From a virus (taxonomy: Duplodnaviria; Caudoviricetes), in the IMG/VR virus record IMGVR_UViG_3300042992_000792, positions 1-38,923 of that record: a stretch of DNA of 38,923 nucleotides. One strand, given 5' to 3'. Of this stretch, positions 16,101-28,800 are shown piece after piece. Both the position numbers and the translations under genes were made by a program. Position 1 is the first letter of the stretch. Each line of letters begins with the position of its first letter. Under the pieces are notes generated by a model. That model saw only the letters and a list, made by a program, of their open reading frames with translations, was not told where the DNA came from and made no database searches.

Positions 16101-16973
16101 ATGACTACTACACAACAACTCAAGGCATTCCAATCGATCGTGCTCTGCCACTTCAGCACCACGGCACCAGCAACCAACGCACTCAATCGTAGTGCATCAA
16201 CGAGGGCGGTGACTGCCGCTGGAGCTGACCGCAATGCGGCTCGTGTCTACAACACGATCCTCACGGCGCGAGGCACGGCAGTCGGTCGTGCTATCAGTCT
16301 GCAACAACGGACAGGCGTTGCCGTCCGCCGTTGCGGTTCGCTCTGCCAGACCGGAGGCATCTACCTCCGCATCAAGGATGTCGCCGAAGTGCAGAACATC
16401 TTCGACGATGCGCAAGCAGAACTCGATACCGTCCGTGAGGATATCCTCGCTACCTATCCCGACCTACTCACCTCCTTGCATACGCAATTAGGTTCGTTCG
16501 TCAACGAGGTGCAGATCCCTACTGCTACGGAGGTGGCGAGCAAGTTCACCATGAACTTGACCATCATCAACCAGCCTGTTGCGGTTGACGATGCCGTGCT
16601 TGTCGGCCTCACCGAAGAGGTTGCCAACCGCGTGCGTGCTGACTCGCAACGGCAGGTGACAGAGATGCTCCGTGCTTCACACGCTGGCCCGATCAACGAT
16701 CTGAAAGCTGTGATCGCAGAGTTCTCCAACCGCTTGCGCAACGCTGACCGCTTGCACCTGTCGCAGTTTGACAAGCTGCGTGAAGAGGCACAGCGTGTGC
16801 AGAAGCTCAACTTCTTCGAGCTACCGGAGATCGAGCAAGTTGTACTTGCAGTAGCTGACGCTGCTCGCATACCGAGCGGCGAGCTGACGCAAGACGAGCG
16901 TGTTCGCATTGCCCAGAAGGCGGAAGCCGCAGCTGTAAAAGCTGACGAGACTCTTGCCGCTCTCGGTCTGTAA
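16101..16973 (+). CDS. DUF3150-like helical protein
   Basis: 290 aa, between MoxR ATPase and vWA gene, the usual position of this family. Confidence 0.6.
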   Translation: MTTTQQLKAFQSIVLCHFSTTAPATNALNRSASTRAVTAAGADRNAARVYNTILTARGTAVGRAISLQQRTGVAVRRCGSLCQTGGIYLRIKDVAEVQNIFDDAQAELDTVREDILATYPDLLTSLHTQLGSFVNEVQIPTATEVASKFTMNLTIINQPVAVDDAVLVGLTEEVANRVRADSQRQVTEMLRASHAGPINDLKAVIAEFSNRLRNADRLHLSQFDKLREEAQRVQKLNFFELPEIEQVVLAVADAARIPSGELTQDERVRIAQKAEAAAVKADETLAALGL

Positions 16974-16993
16974 TACCAACCACATAAATACAA

Positions 16994-18397
16994 ATGGAAA
17001 CAAACATGATAGACCCCACATCATTCGCCACCAACCACCCGTTGTCCGTAGCCATGCGGACAACAGGTCGGTACTGGTTCATCGCACACAGCAAGCTCAT
17101 GTCTATGAGCTGGCAGTGGTCGGACGCTGTACCATACGGCGCAACGGACGGCGCAACCCTACTGCTCAACCGTAAGGGACTTAACAAGCTGGCGGGTAGA
17201 CCCAACGGCGCTGGCCTCATTGCATTCTTGCTGGTGCACGAGGCACTGCATGCGCTGTTAGGTCATGGCTGGCGCCTCGCCAAACTACCTGACCCGAAGA
17301 CCGCTAATGTTGCGGCTGACTACATCATCAATGCGATGATCGCCAACCGCAACCGTGAGATCGGCAAGGAAGTATTCCCCCTCATCGAGGGCGTGCTCCT
17401 TGACGAGCAGTTGTCCGGCAACAATTCAGCCGAGCAACTCTACCGCATACTAGCTAAACCACAACAGAACCAAGAGATTAATCCTAAACCATCCCAACAA
17501 CAAGATGATACCAACAATGATACCAACAATGATAACAATGAAGACAGCGATCAAGACGACAGCGAAGACAGCGAAGGCAATGAGCAGGAGAGCAGTGAAG
17601 ACAGCACTGCTAGTGATCCTGACAGCGGGGGTGATAGTGCTACCGACACTGACGAGTTGGATAGTGGAGATGATCTGTCGGACTTTGTCGGCACTGGCGC
17701 ACCGGATACGTTCGAGCCGGAAGCCGAAGACGGTGAGTCCAAGCAGGAAGTCATCGACCGCATCGAAGAAGCCAACGATTCGATCTTCATCGCCGACGAA
17801 ATAGATCGCCGCCAACAAGGTGACAGCGGCAGCACAGCCAACCGCTTGCAGTCACAGCGTACCAGTTCCTCGTTGAGCTGGCCCGACCTGCTACGTGAAT
17901 GGTTGACAAAGCGTTCACGCAACGGATGGGATGCGCCGTTCAACAACCCGATCTTCCAGACAACTGGACTCGTCGCCGCTGGTCGCCGCACCCGCAACGC
18001 CGGAGAGATAGTACTGGTACTGGATACCTCCGGCTCAATCGGACAGCGCACCTACGACCGCTTCCTCAGCGAAGCACAAGCGGTGCTCGATGACCTCAAG
18101 CCAGACAAGTTGCACCTGCTATCCGTCTCGCATGTGGTAGCCGATGACTTGACTCTTGAGGTAGGCGACACCGTGCCAGCCAAACTCAAGGGCGGGGGTG
18201 GTACGAAGTTCAAGCCAGCCTTTGATTGGGTAGCCGAGCATGCGCAGGATGTGGATGTCATGGTCTACCTAACGGACGGATACTCGGATGACCGTAAGGA
18301 TATCACCGATGTGGAGTTCCCCCTGCTTTGGCTGTCAACTGGTGCCCGTACCAGTGACTTCAAAGCAGGAGAGGTTATCGAGATCACCGATGTGTGA
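16994..18397 (+). CDS. Metallopeptidase + vWA domain protein (DUF2201-like)
   Basis: ATDG, LVHEALH, NVAADYIIN, acidic linker, MIDAS VLDTSGSI, GGGGTKF, YLTDG. Confidence 0.88.
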   Translation: METNMIDPTSFATNHPLSVAMRTTGRYWFIAHSKLMSMSWQWSDAVPYGATDGATLLLNRKGLNKLAGRPNGAGLIAFLLVHEALHALLGHGWRLAKLPDPKTANVAADYIINAMIANRNREIGKEVFPLIEGVLLDEQLSGNNSAEQLYRILAKPQQNQEINPKPSQQQDDTNNDTNNDNNEDSDQDDSEDSEGNEQESSEDSTASDPDSGGDSATDTDELDSGDDLSDFVGTGAPDTFEPEAEDGESKQEVIDRIEEANDSIFIADEIDRRQQGDSGSTANRLQSQRTSSSLSWPDLLREWLTKRSRNGWDAPFNNPIFQTTGLVAAGRRTRNAGEIVLVLDTSGSIGQRTYDRFLSEAQAVLDDLKPDKLHLLSVSHVVADDLTLEVGDTVPAKLKGGGGTKFKPAFDWVAEHAQDVDVMVYLTDGYSDDRKDITDVEFPLLWLSTGARTSDFKAGEVIEITDV

Positions 18398-18429
18398 TAA
18401 AATAAAACAACTAAAAATAAATAAGAAAT

Positions 18430-19059
18430 ATGAAAATAACTAGAGCACAGTTCAGAAAGAGATACGAGAAGCCAAGTGTATGGGTCGAAGACAGGATGCA
18501 CGAATGGATGCGCAACGTCCGACTCGGCAATAGAGCAGCGACCATGTTGTCAGAGATCCCCCACTACTACCACGAGGGCAGTAGCAGAAGCAGTAATCCT
18601 ACGGTAAGAATCGTATCAGGTTACAGGGTTACCCTCATAGTGGGGGACCACCCTCCCCTAACCGTCGCTGCCTACTCACCGTTGATCGGCGGGTTTGTAG
18701 TTTGTTATTCGACAAAGTATTATGGCGAGGGATCTGAAGACCTTAGTCTATTCAACGTATCATCCTTAGCCCACCTACCCCTCTCGTCTGATCCATTAGA
18801 TGATGATACCAGTAGGCTAGTCCTCATGTCAGACTGCGTGCCGAGTTTAAATGGTGCGCTTATACAGAGGCGTAAGATACAGAAGTGGATGTTCAGAGAT
18901 AACCCAACCGACGACATGATGATGAACCTTGTATCCTGTATCCGGCAGCAGCCACAAGAAAGGCGTGACAGACTCATGGTTCTGCTGGATAAATACGGGG
19001 CACCGGAAGGCCCGCTCGGTGAAGCACTAATGCACATCGACAAATTCCGTTCAATGTAA
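18430..19059 (+). CDS. Hypothetical protein (209 aa)
   Basis: ORF track; A-rich leader. Confidence 0.7.
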   Translation: MKITRAQFRKRYEKPSVWVEDRMHEWMRNVRLGNRAATMLSEIPHYYHEGSSRSSNPTVRIVSGYRVTLIVGDHPPLTVAAYSPLIGGFVVCYSTKYYGEGSEDLSLFNVSSLAHLPLSSDPLDDDTSRLVLMSDCVPSLNGALIQRRKIQKWMFRDNPTDDMMMNLVSCIRQQPQERRDRLMVLLDKYGAPEGPLGEALMHIDKFRSM

Positions 19060-19081
19060 ACAACTAATAAACAAACTAATT

Positions 19082-19324
19082 ATGAAAGACAAAGTACAAA
19101 TTGATACAGGACGTGACATCCTCACGCTCGAAGCCAACGTCACACCCAATGCAAAGATCGTGACCGCATATGTAAACGGCATCTCGATACGATCCGGCTC
19201 GCTGCAACTAGCACGGGTAGCGGATGCGTTTGCCGATACAGTAGTCGCCGCCTGTGCCCTACGTGTTGATTCGTCGTGGCTTAAGAAGCAGATCGAAGAG
19301 TTCATCAACAATTCAATGCAATAA
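19082..19324 (+). CDS. Hypothetical protein (80 aa)
   Basis: ORF track. Confidence 0.7.
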   Translation: MKDKVQIDTGRDILTLEANVTPNAKIVTAYVNGISIRSGSLQLARVADAFADTVVAACALRVDSSWLKKQIEEFINNSMQ

Positions 19325-19330
19325 ATACAC

Positions 19331-19519
19331 ATGAAACAAAAAGAAAAAATGCAAATACATACACTACCCCTCGAAGATCCAGCAATGCAACACACTGTAT
19401 CCAAACGGTGTAAGTGCAAACCAGCTACAACTAAACACGACAACGGTGTTGCCATTGTGGCACACCAAATGGTTGGTGCTGGTCCGGACAAGTGGTCACT
19501 CGAAGTAGTTACAAAATAA
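19331..19519 (+). CDS. Hypothetical protein (62 aa), H/C-containing
   Basis: H..P.......H.....C.C.P...H pattern, possible metal binding. Confidence 0.65.
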   Translation: MKQKEKMQIHTLPLEDPAMQHTVSKRCKCKPATTKHDNGVAIVAHQMVGAGPDKWSLEVVTK

Positions 19520-19520
19520 T

Positions 19521-19718
19521 ATGAGCACAAAGACAGAACAAAACAAACTACATAAGATGATATCTAACATTCAATCCGGCTCGATGAGCGAAGCTCACTA
19601 CGAGTTTGCCGTTCGCGGCCAGCTCATTCGCTGGTTCCACGAACGCAACACGAAGGAACTCAAAGCAATGAAGAAAGGATTCCTTGCATTGCAAGCAACG
19701 AAAGGAGGTAAGCGATGA
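19521..19718 (+). CDS. Hypothetical protein (65 aa)
   Basis: ORF track; ATGA overlap with next ORF. Confidence 0.65.
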   Translation: MSTKTEQNKLHKMISNIQSGSMSEAHYEFAVRGQLIRWFHERNTKELKAMKKGFLALQATKGGKR

Positions 19719-19825
19719 TCTTCATAGCCGTCGTCGTACTATTTATGTTAGGCCCCTTGCCAATCATCATGGGTTTGATGAGTGTAGCAAGGGACCGCCG
19801 TGAATTTACTCGGTTGGATCGTTGA
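19715..19825 (+). CDS. Single-TM micro-protein (36 aa)
   Basis: MIFIAVVVLFMLGPLPIIMGLMSVARDRREFTRLDR; ATGA coupling and upstream AGGAGG; overlaps 3' end of convergent giant gene. Confidence 0.5.
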   Translation: MIFIAVVVLFMLGPLPIIMGLMSVARDRREFTRLDR

Positions 19826-22800
19826 CCCAATAGATGTCCGGCTTCTTATTGAGTTTGTTCGCAATCATTTGAAGCCGTTCATTGGGGTCCTGCTCTTCAC
19901 CTTGTTTGGTATTAGCATAAGCCTTTCCAAACCATGCGTCGTTACCCCTCCAAGCAATCCGGTATCCTGCATCCGCAGATCGGATTGTGTCTTCACTAAA
20001 CCTGCTGGCTTTGGCTGATGCTGCTATCGAACTGTTGGAAGAACCGAGAGCTTTCATCGTGTGGATGAAGTTGGAGATGCGTGCTTGTGTCTGGTTCATC
20101 GCATCTTGATGGCGGTCGATTACATCATCGACATCATCTTGAGACTTGTATCTACCAGACATAAGCTCGCCAACAATACCTACGGAGGAATCTTGTAGAC
20201 TCTTTAGGTTGCGGAACGCACGGCGCTCAACCTCACCGAAGGTAAGAGTCCTCGGCCTTGCGCCTAACCCTTCACCCAATAGGATCTCACCTGTGTTCTG
20301 CTGGCCCGTACGGAATGCCTCGTAAAGTTTAAGCGAAGCCGAAGGCAGCAAAGCATTCTTGCCGTAGTGCATCAGCATGCGGTTGACCTTCACCGGAGCG
20401 GAGTCGGTCTCGACATAGATCGGCTGACCGAAGTTATCTTGGTTAGACAAGATCTCACCTATGGATGCAGCCGCAATCTGCACACCGATGATATCATTTA
20501 CTACGTACGATGCGAGCTTCGACCCCTCGATACCTTTGCCTGTACGATAGCCGTCCGAGATGATCTTAAACATATCGGTTAGCTGGCTATGTGGTAGGAT
20601 GTAAGTCATGTCGATGAACTGAATCTTATTTCCTTTGAGTACTTGAGCATAGAGTGAGTGACCACGCTGCCATTTTGGTAGTCCTTCACGCAACGCTTCT
20701 ATCTCATTCACATTAAGCATGCGTTCTTCTTCTTCGTCATCACCGGACAGTGCACGGAATACGATTGATGCCAGTGTTCCGATGATTGTCGGGGCCGCAG
20801 TTAGTGTGCCGATGAAACCAGCAAGACGGCGGGTACCACGGCGTGCCATGAGACCGCCTTGGTTAATCTCTTCCATAGCTAATGGTACAGTGTTGAGCAT
20901 CGTGCGGAATACTTCCGACTTCCATCGGGCAAATGGGAGGAAGATGTTGGCAATCGGTGTCCGGTTAAAGGATTGGACTGCATCAATAACTTGCGAGTGA
21001 CCAGCGAAGACGAGCTTTACTTTAAGCGCAGCGGCTTCGTCCTTCTCAGCTTCGGACATACTCTTACCGAAGTGTCTGTCGATTATGCCGCGCTCATAGT
21101 AGTAGGCGTTCACCTTGTAGATTCCGTCGATCGTGCCGTCAAGCGAGCCAAGGAAATCTGTGAACGAGCCATACTTCGAACCAACTGCATCGAACACACC
21201 CTTAAGCAAACCCTTTTGTTTTATGCGAGCGATGACACCACCAGCATCTTTAGTTGCGCGGGCTTCATCAATGTCAGCCATCAGTTCTAGCAACTCTTGT
21301 TCCGGCGAAGCGATTAGACCACGGATCATGTCTTGCACAACCCGACCTTGTGATTGGTCGTTAAGTACATTGAGTTGGACTAGACGAAGGATAGCGTCGC
21401 GTTGCTTTTCTTCAGTTGGCAAGTTGCTAAACGCGCCACGTGCTGATTGAATAACAGACTCGCGTCCGGCATCGGACAGCGGGTTCCAGAAGATACCTTG
21501 AGCAGCACCCATAAGGTAGCCACCGATAGCGTTACGCGGCCAGTATCCGATACCGAGTTGAGTCTTCATCTGTACTGCAAGACCAGACATACGAGACACA
21601 CCTCTGCCGATCTTGCTCATCATCTTAGTAGAGTGAGCCATATGGTTTGCCATGTTGACACCGAAGGTTTCATCTAGAACTCCGGCGATCTTCGGGTCAA
21701 ACCAGAGACCAGCCATCGGCCCCATCGTGGCAAAGGAACTTTCACTACGCCACTGAACATAATCTGGTTTAGGTTGCTTGCTCGCAAGACCCAAGTCAAT
21801 TGCTGTCTGTGCAAACTGATTACGGAACTGTTCATTAGCCGACATCATACCGACCTTGAACAGCGTGTTGGCGGCGTTGGCAACTGGATCGTCGATCTCT
21901 CCCAATAGTTCACGGAAGGTAGAGTCGATATCCTTTTTAGGTTTAAACCTATTAAGGTCTTGGCGCAGTGAATCAACAGCGATACGATCCGTAGTCTTGG
22001 ACATAGTCTCAAGAGTTTCGAGATACTTGTCGAGCATGTTGAGGGTCATGTCCGACACATCTTGCTTGCTGTACGGCATACCTTTTTTCTTGAGGATGAT
22101 CTCGGCTTGCTCGTAGTACGCATTAGCTGCCGCGCTCCTTAGCTTCTCGAAGTCCACAACCTTGCCGTCAATTGTAATCTGCCCACCGGATCTTGCGGCC
22201 ATTGCCCATCCTTCAGTTGTGAAGTAGCGGTATGCTCTTGTGAGGTACACATCATTCGATTCATCAAAGCCTATGTTGCCCTTGAACTTATTGATGTCGG
22301 TGCGTAGTGCGATAGCTTTACTAACAAGACCACCGAATCCAGCGGCAGCTACGGCTTTCTCTGCTGCTACTTGTTTCTTTCGGAAATCGATGTTGAACTT
22401 CAGGCGTTCGTCGCGCTTCAGGTCTTCCCTGTAGTTGAGTACACGCTGCTCGACTTGTTCGTCAGTAAGTCCGGTCGTATCGAGCTGTGCCTCAAAGCTA
22501 TCTACTTTGTTATTGATGTCTTTAAGTACAGCATCTGTGAGCGGGGGAGCTGTTGTACCGAAGAGTGTCTTGATGTCATCTACCGATACTCCGGCAGCGA
22601 TAGCTGTATCGCGCATCTTCGGGAAGTCACGGATGAAATCTTTAAGAGATGAGGAGATGGTATTAATAGTACCAGTACGCATGTTGGATATAGCACGCAA
22701 CTCAGCGGGCATGTTGTACATCTTGGACTTCAGTGTTGCCCAGAAGCCGTCAGTCTTTTTGGGGTTAGACGACATGACAGGCACCGCATACATCGTGCGA

Positions 22801-25800
22801 CCAACTTCCGGTGCGCCGTCGAGGGCGGCGAGGAAACTCTCGCTGTCACCAAACCGTGTGTCCTCTAGCACATTAGAGTCGGGCATTGCTGCACCCTTCC
22901 TGATCTTATTGAATGTGCGCGAAGCACGCGATACCATCGCCGCTGTTTCAGCAGTTGGGTAGTCAGCGAAAAGCTGTCGGAGTTTCGTGATGAATGCTTG
23001 AATACTACGGACAACTGCGTCAAGCAACGTCGGGTCTTTAAGTGCGTACCTAATATCGTTCTCTGCTGTTCGTCCAGTAGCGACTTTAGTAACTGTCATA
23101 CGCAACCACTCGTCTGCAATATCGGAGTTGGTAAGTCTGCCCGATTCACGGTCGGTTGCTACGCGGCTGCGGATCTCATCGGCAGTAAGTCCTGTTGCTG
23201 AGTAGTACTCTTCTGCAATCTGTTGTAGTCTTTGCTCGCCCAAACTATCAGCAACCTTTGCTACTTCGTCCGGCGTGAACTCCATGCCGACGGCAATGTG
23301 CCCAAGTTCGTGGTCAATCAAAGAGCGGATCGAGGCTTTAGCTCCGCGCTTGTTCATGTTGGCTACCCGTTTATACAATTTCTCAGCGTTGACTTTAATA
23401 GTTCTAAAGTCAGCTCGGCTAACTGCAGCCTCGCCGTCAAGGGTACTATCGAATTCGACGTTGATGTTAGCCGGAAGGAGGTCAGCCAGTTGGTTAGCTA
23501 CACCAGTAAGAGCGCCTTCAAACCTTTCAATCGGCTCATCGACTTCGGTAGCCGGAGAGAATTGAAGTTTGCCATCAAACAGCGTAACAAATTGGCGTGC
23601 GCGGTTGGGGCCAAGATCTCGGATCACGCTCATCTCCGACTCAATACTTGCGTCTTTAAGAGCGGAGCGTTGGCGTGCTGATAGTTCTCCGGTAGCCTCT
23701 ACATAGAGCTCGGTACCAGAACTAACAACACGAGCGTAGCCCAATCGTTTGGCTAGTTCGTAGATGTCATTGTCGTCTAGCATCAGTTGAGATTCGACAC
23801 CCTTCTCATCGAGGAATTCTTCGAGGGCACTCTCATGCTTGTCGACAATCACTGTGATGATCGAGTCTCTGTGTGTAACGAGAGCGGCCTCAGCGTTTCC
23901 TTGTGTTGACAAGTCAACCTCCATGAATGTGCCATCACGGAATAGCCATCCGTCTGTCGTCGGAAGTTGCTTCTCCTCGACGATGGCACTGAGCATAGCA
24001 GGTTCACCGCCTTCGAGTTCGGCTTCCAAGTCTGCCAGATAATCCAATTGTTCGTTGGTCAATTTACTTTTGCGAGCAAACCTAATATCAGGCGATGTAA
24101 TTTGGAACCGCTGTGATAAGGGGATCACGTTGCCGTTGTCGTCAAAGGTAACTGACTCAGCCGATTTTATTTGGGATGGTTCGAATGTAATATACTGTTC
24201 TCCTCGTGATACGAAATCAGAGTCTAGCCAATAGTCATCTTCGATACGAGCCGAACGTCTACCTGCTGCTTGAAGGGATTCTTTCCAATCTTTACGTGTA
24301 TCAAACCGGTTGGCATCACCTACAAAGTGTCTCCAGAAGTTTGCATATTCTTGTGGGTTATCTAGTTTTAAGAACGCTTTAGTTACAACGAATGGTGTCT
24401 TAGCACCGTCTCTCCACTTTTTAAAATTAGCGGCGGCCTCTTCATTGTCGGCGAACCAAAAACCATATGTAGATATGTTTGGGTCAAATACATTGATCGG
24501 TGCTCCCGATGCGTGGTACCCGACGGTATCGTAACCAGCCCTACGTGCAGCTTCATTCACCAACTGCTGCGCCGTATCTATGTCACCAGCTTCGACAGCC
24601 GCCACATATGCAGCGTCAAGTGCTGCAATACCCGAACGTTTGTATCGTACGTCAGGCTGGAGCGAGCGGTTGTACATCTGAAGCTCCGCCTTAAAGGAGG
24701 ATATAACATCTTGGATTTGGTCAGCGCGATCACGAATCGTATTTCTGTAATTGATGTTGTACGTGGTATCCGTAGCGAACATACGAGCAAAGTCGATCAA
24801 CTCTTCGAGCGGATTAGATAGGTTGGCGTCCTTATCAACACCGAAGAAGTTAAGGATTGCATCGACGATGCGGCGAAGTAGTGAGCGTTGACCAGTAGGC
24901 GTCGCGTCAGTGATAATACCTTGGAACTTAACATCTGTAAGTGCGTATGCAAGGAACTCGACATCGTCTCCGAGAGCATCAACGAACTGGTCGGACTCTA
25001 AACCGCGCTTGCCAGCCTCGACTTTCGTCAGGTTACGAAGAGCGGTGATCCGTGCCAGCGCCTTGCGTTGCATCGGAGTTTTCGGGTTCGTCATTATCTG
25101 GTGTGTCTCCGCATGCAAGAACTCGTGCAGCAGGACATCAGCAATGCCACGACCGTTGTGGCCGGACAGGTTGATAACAACAAGGTTCGACTTCGGCATG
25201 AAGGCTCCGGCAAAGCGGACGTCATTGAAGTCACCAATGTTAAAGTTCACATTGCGAATAAGTTCCGGCGACTGAACCAGCAATGCAGCCACTCGGCGAT
25301 GTTGTGGCTTACCTGTTTCGGCGATCTGCCTAAAGGCTTCGACCACTGATTCGGTATCCCCACTGCGCACACCCAACTTATCAAGCTCTGCTTGGTTCAT
25401 CTTGCGTGCGGCGTCAGCGGCCATAGTGACGTCGTCGCTGATACTCAGCTTGATGTCGAGGTTGGTGCGAGCAAGTTGCTTCATTGCCCTAACGTTCTCA
25501 CGAATAGCTTCGTTCGATGTCGGGGGCTTCAGTGCTTTGGTACGCTCTTGCGGCGAGAGAGCAGCTGTCATCGACGGCGGGATAACCCGTCCGGCCTGAC
25601 CGACAGGCGGAAGCCAGCCAGCTTCGAGCAGTAGGTTAGCTAATTGCAGACCTTCCGTGGACTTAGATAGCGATTCGCTAATAGCCTTACGCTCGTCGAG
25701 TTTGCTTGAACTCAACGTGCGGTCGGCGATGTTTACAAGATCCTCCGAGTTAATGTTTGGATTAAGTTCCGGTACGCTCTTCTGTACGATACCGAACAGC

Positions 25801-28800
25801 AGGTCGTACATTGTATCGTTAGACTCAAGGTTGTTTACCAACTGTGTGAGGTTGTCCTCTTCAGCGGCAATAACAGACGCACGTACATCATCGTTCTCGG
25901 AGATGAGTTGTGACATAGCAGCGAACGCTGTTTTAGATTCCGGATACGTTGTCTGTGTGGCTGCGTCTACGGATATCGTTTTAACGGCGGTATCTAGGGT
26001 ACCTCTACGTTTCTGCGCTTTAACTGTATTCCTAGCCCTGATAGAAATCAAAGAACTAAATGAAGTAACACCCTTAGATAGATAGCCGTTAGTTAATCTA
26101 TCATAAAGGTTAAGCCCATAATTAGTTAGTACGTCTTCGGGGGATGTACCACCATATCTGTTTGCCTTCAATATGCTCGCGGCATAGTTGTAACTAGGTG
26201 TGTTACCTTCCGCGTCTTTCATCGACTGGACAATAATCTTAGGTAGACTCTTTAGATCTTCGATAGTTGTATTAGGGTCCTTAAGTCTGGCGGCTTCCAG
26301 TACGCCAGCGATACGGGAAGCGAGACCAAACTCTTTTAGCTGAAGAGAGTGATCCATTTGGGCACTAAGTACCACGTTCTCCGCGTTATTTTCATCTAGA
26401 TTAAATGTCTTAAGTAAGAGATTACCGATTCTAGATCTCCTAGTCTGTTTGGCTGCTTGCGATTCTTCGAGCGGTACATCCTCATACAAGCTACTAGCCG
26501 CAACGGCGTCGTCCATAAACGACCCGTATGTAGATATACCGGCTGACCTGTTGCGTGCGGTAGGACCTGCTTTATCAAGGTAACGAGCAGCAGGTTCCAC
26601 GAGAAGAGAATCAAGCTGCATGGATTTGTCTTCTCCGCGAGATTCATAGCCTGATGTCCCAACAAGCGAAAGATCTCCGGCACCATAAACACCGGAGTGG
26701 TTTGGGTAAAGCTCTACTCTTTTAACACGACCAGTATTCTCGTCAACCTCGATAGACGGATTAAGATTAAACTCACCGTTTTTAATTTGTTGCAGTGTTT
26801 CTTTCGAAGCGTAAACTTCTTTACCTAGATCCATCTGAGCGGCGGTCACACGCGGATCGTTTGTAAAGAATCCACGTATCGGCTTTTGCTCAGAGTCAGC
26901 CACCATAGGTAGCGGCAGGTACTCCGAACCGGTGCCTTCCATATTGCCAAACGGTACTTTAGATTTAACCGTAACGATGTCGGTCTCCGGAGCTTCAATG
27001 AATGGGAACCGCTCTTTAATACCTGCAAGAATACGTTGTTTGATTTCAACTTGATAAGCTGGTAAACCTGCGGCGCGTGGAAAGCCGAGAGAGATACCGC
27101 TGACTTTTTTGTTGTGGAAACCAAACTCTGTTAAGTTACTTATCGGATAACCATTGTTGACAAAGTCAGAGAATAGTTGTGCTTCTGTTTCGTTGCGGTG
27201 TACACCGCTCTCATTCTCAAAAGGCTTACTCGGAGCAACGACCTTCTTAGCTTTCTCAATGGCGGCTTCCGGTGCGAGCTTCTCACCGTTAATGATTGCT
27301 ATCAAGTGATCGCGGTTTACTTCAACGTCTGTCTTGACTACCTCATCAGGTTTTTCTACCTCAGCAATCTGGTTATCGAGATTAGTCGTTTCAATCTGTA
27401 GGTCCTTCTTTGCTTTGTTCACACGAGTTGCCATAATGTGAACTGCTTGCAGGATCGTAGGCGGTACACTAATCCCTACAGCACGATCCGCAGCGATTTT
27501 AGCTAGGCTTTCAGTTACTTTTTTATCCGCTTCAACGAGTGTGATAGGTGGTGCTGATCTAAAGAAATCAGGAATCATTGTAGTCTCCGCGAGGGAGTCC
27601 TTCTTAACTTCAAGTTCGACGACTTGCTGTGCCGGATCTTCAGGATTGTCAACTACAGTGGTGCCTTCAATCGGTGTGACCGCACGTCGTTTACCTTTAG
27701 TCTTCTTCTGTTTAGGTAGTTCCGCTTGTGGTTCAGCTGGTACTGGAGCGGCGACAGTTGGCTCAATGGGAGCTGTGTCCGGAGCAGCTTGCGGTGGTGT
27801 GTAAACAACTTTATCCAAATTGTCTTTAAGGACAATAGGAGCAGTACGCATTTCTTCTGTGATGCTCCTTGCTCGCATACCTTTCTTGGGGAGTATGGAG
27901 ACGGGCATCGGGGAGTTAGGATTAATCTCAGCCGCAGCGTCGGTACGACTTCTACCTTCATGTTCTTGTGGGTCGACAACCCACACTTTACGTTTTTTAT
28001 CCCACTCTGCTTCTAAGAATGGTGGTGCAATTGCTTCACCTGCGGCGACCTGTTCTTTGATGAAGCCCTTTGTTTCCGCACCAGAGACACCTTCGGGAAC
28101 CATCTTTCTAAAGTCGGACGGTAACATTGGCATTTCAAAACCAAAATAACTAATGTCTACTTGGTTGGGTACCGACCCAATACCTCTCACATCCCACTTA
28201 ATCTGACTTTGTACTGGTTCAGCTGGTGTGGTCGGTGTCTCTGCGACTGCTACTTCCGGTGTAGCTTCAACAACTTGTGGTGCAGACGCTGGAATAATAC
28301 GTGCGACCTTGACGCGCTCGTTGATAGCAGTAAGGGACTCAACGGAGTTAAGGATCGCTGTACGGTCTTTGGTTTTGGTATCATCTAACTCCAGAGCAAA
28401 CTTAGAAGCAGCACTCAATCTAGTTTCCAGATCAATAAATTGTTCAGGCGTAAATTGAGTGGCTACTTTATTAATCTCTTCTGGCTTAAATCCGTTAGTA
28501 GCGAGTAGGCGCAACTCAGCAACTAATGGGTTACCAACTACCATCTCTCTCGCTGTCTCAATCTCCGGCGATACTTTCTTTTGTACCGGTTGTTCCTGCA
28601 CTGCTACAGGTGGCTGGACCTCAGTGAGGGGGAGTTCAAGCTGTTCGGATGCAGGAGCTTCTGCAACCGGAGCAGGAGCTGGCTCGCCGAACAGATCGAG
28701 TTCGAGCTGGCCTACGTCTTTTTGCTCCGCAACCATTTTGGGGTCGAGCTTGTAGTACTTAAGTGTATCTTGAATCTGATCGGGGTCAGTAATAACCACA

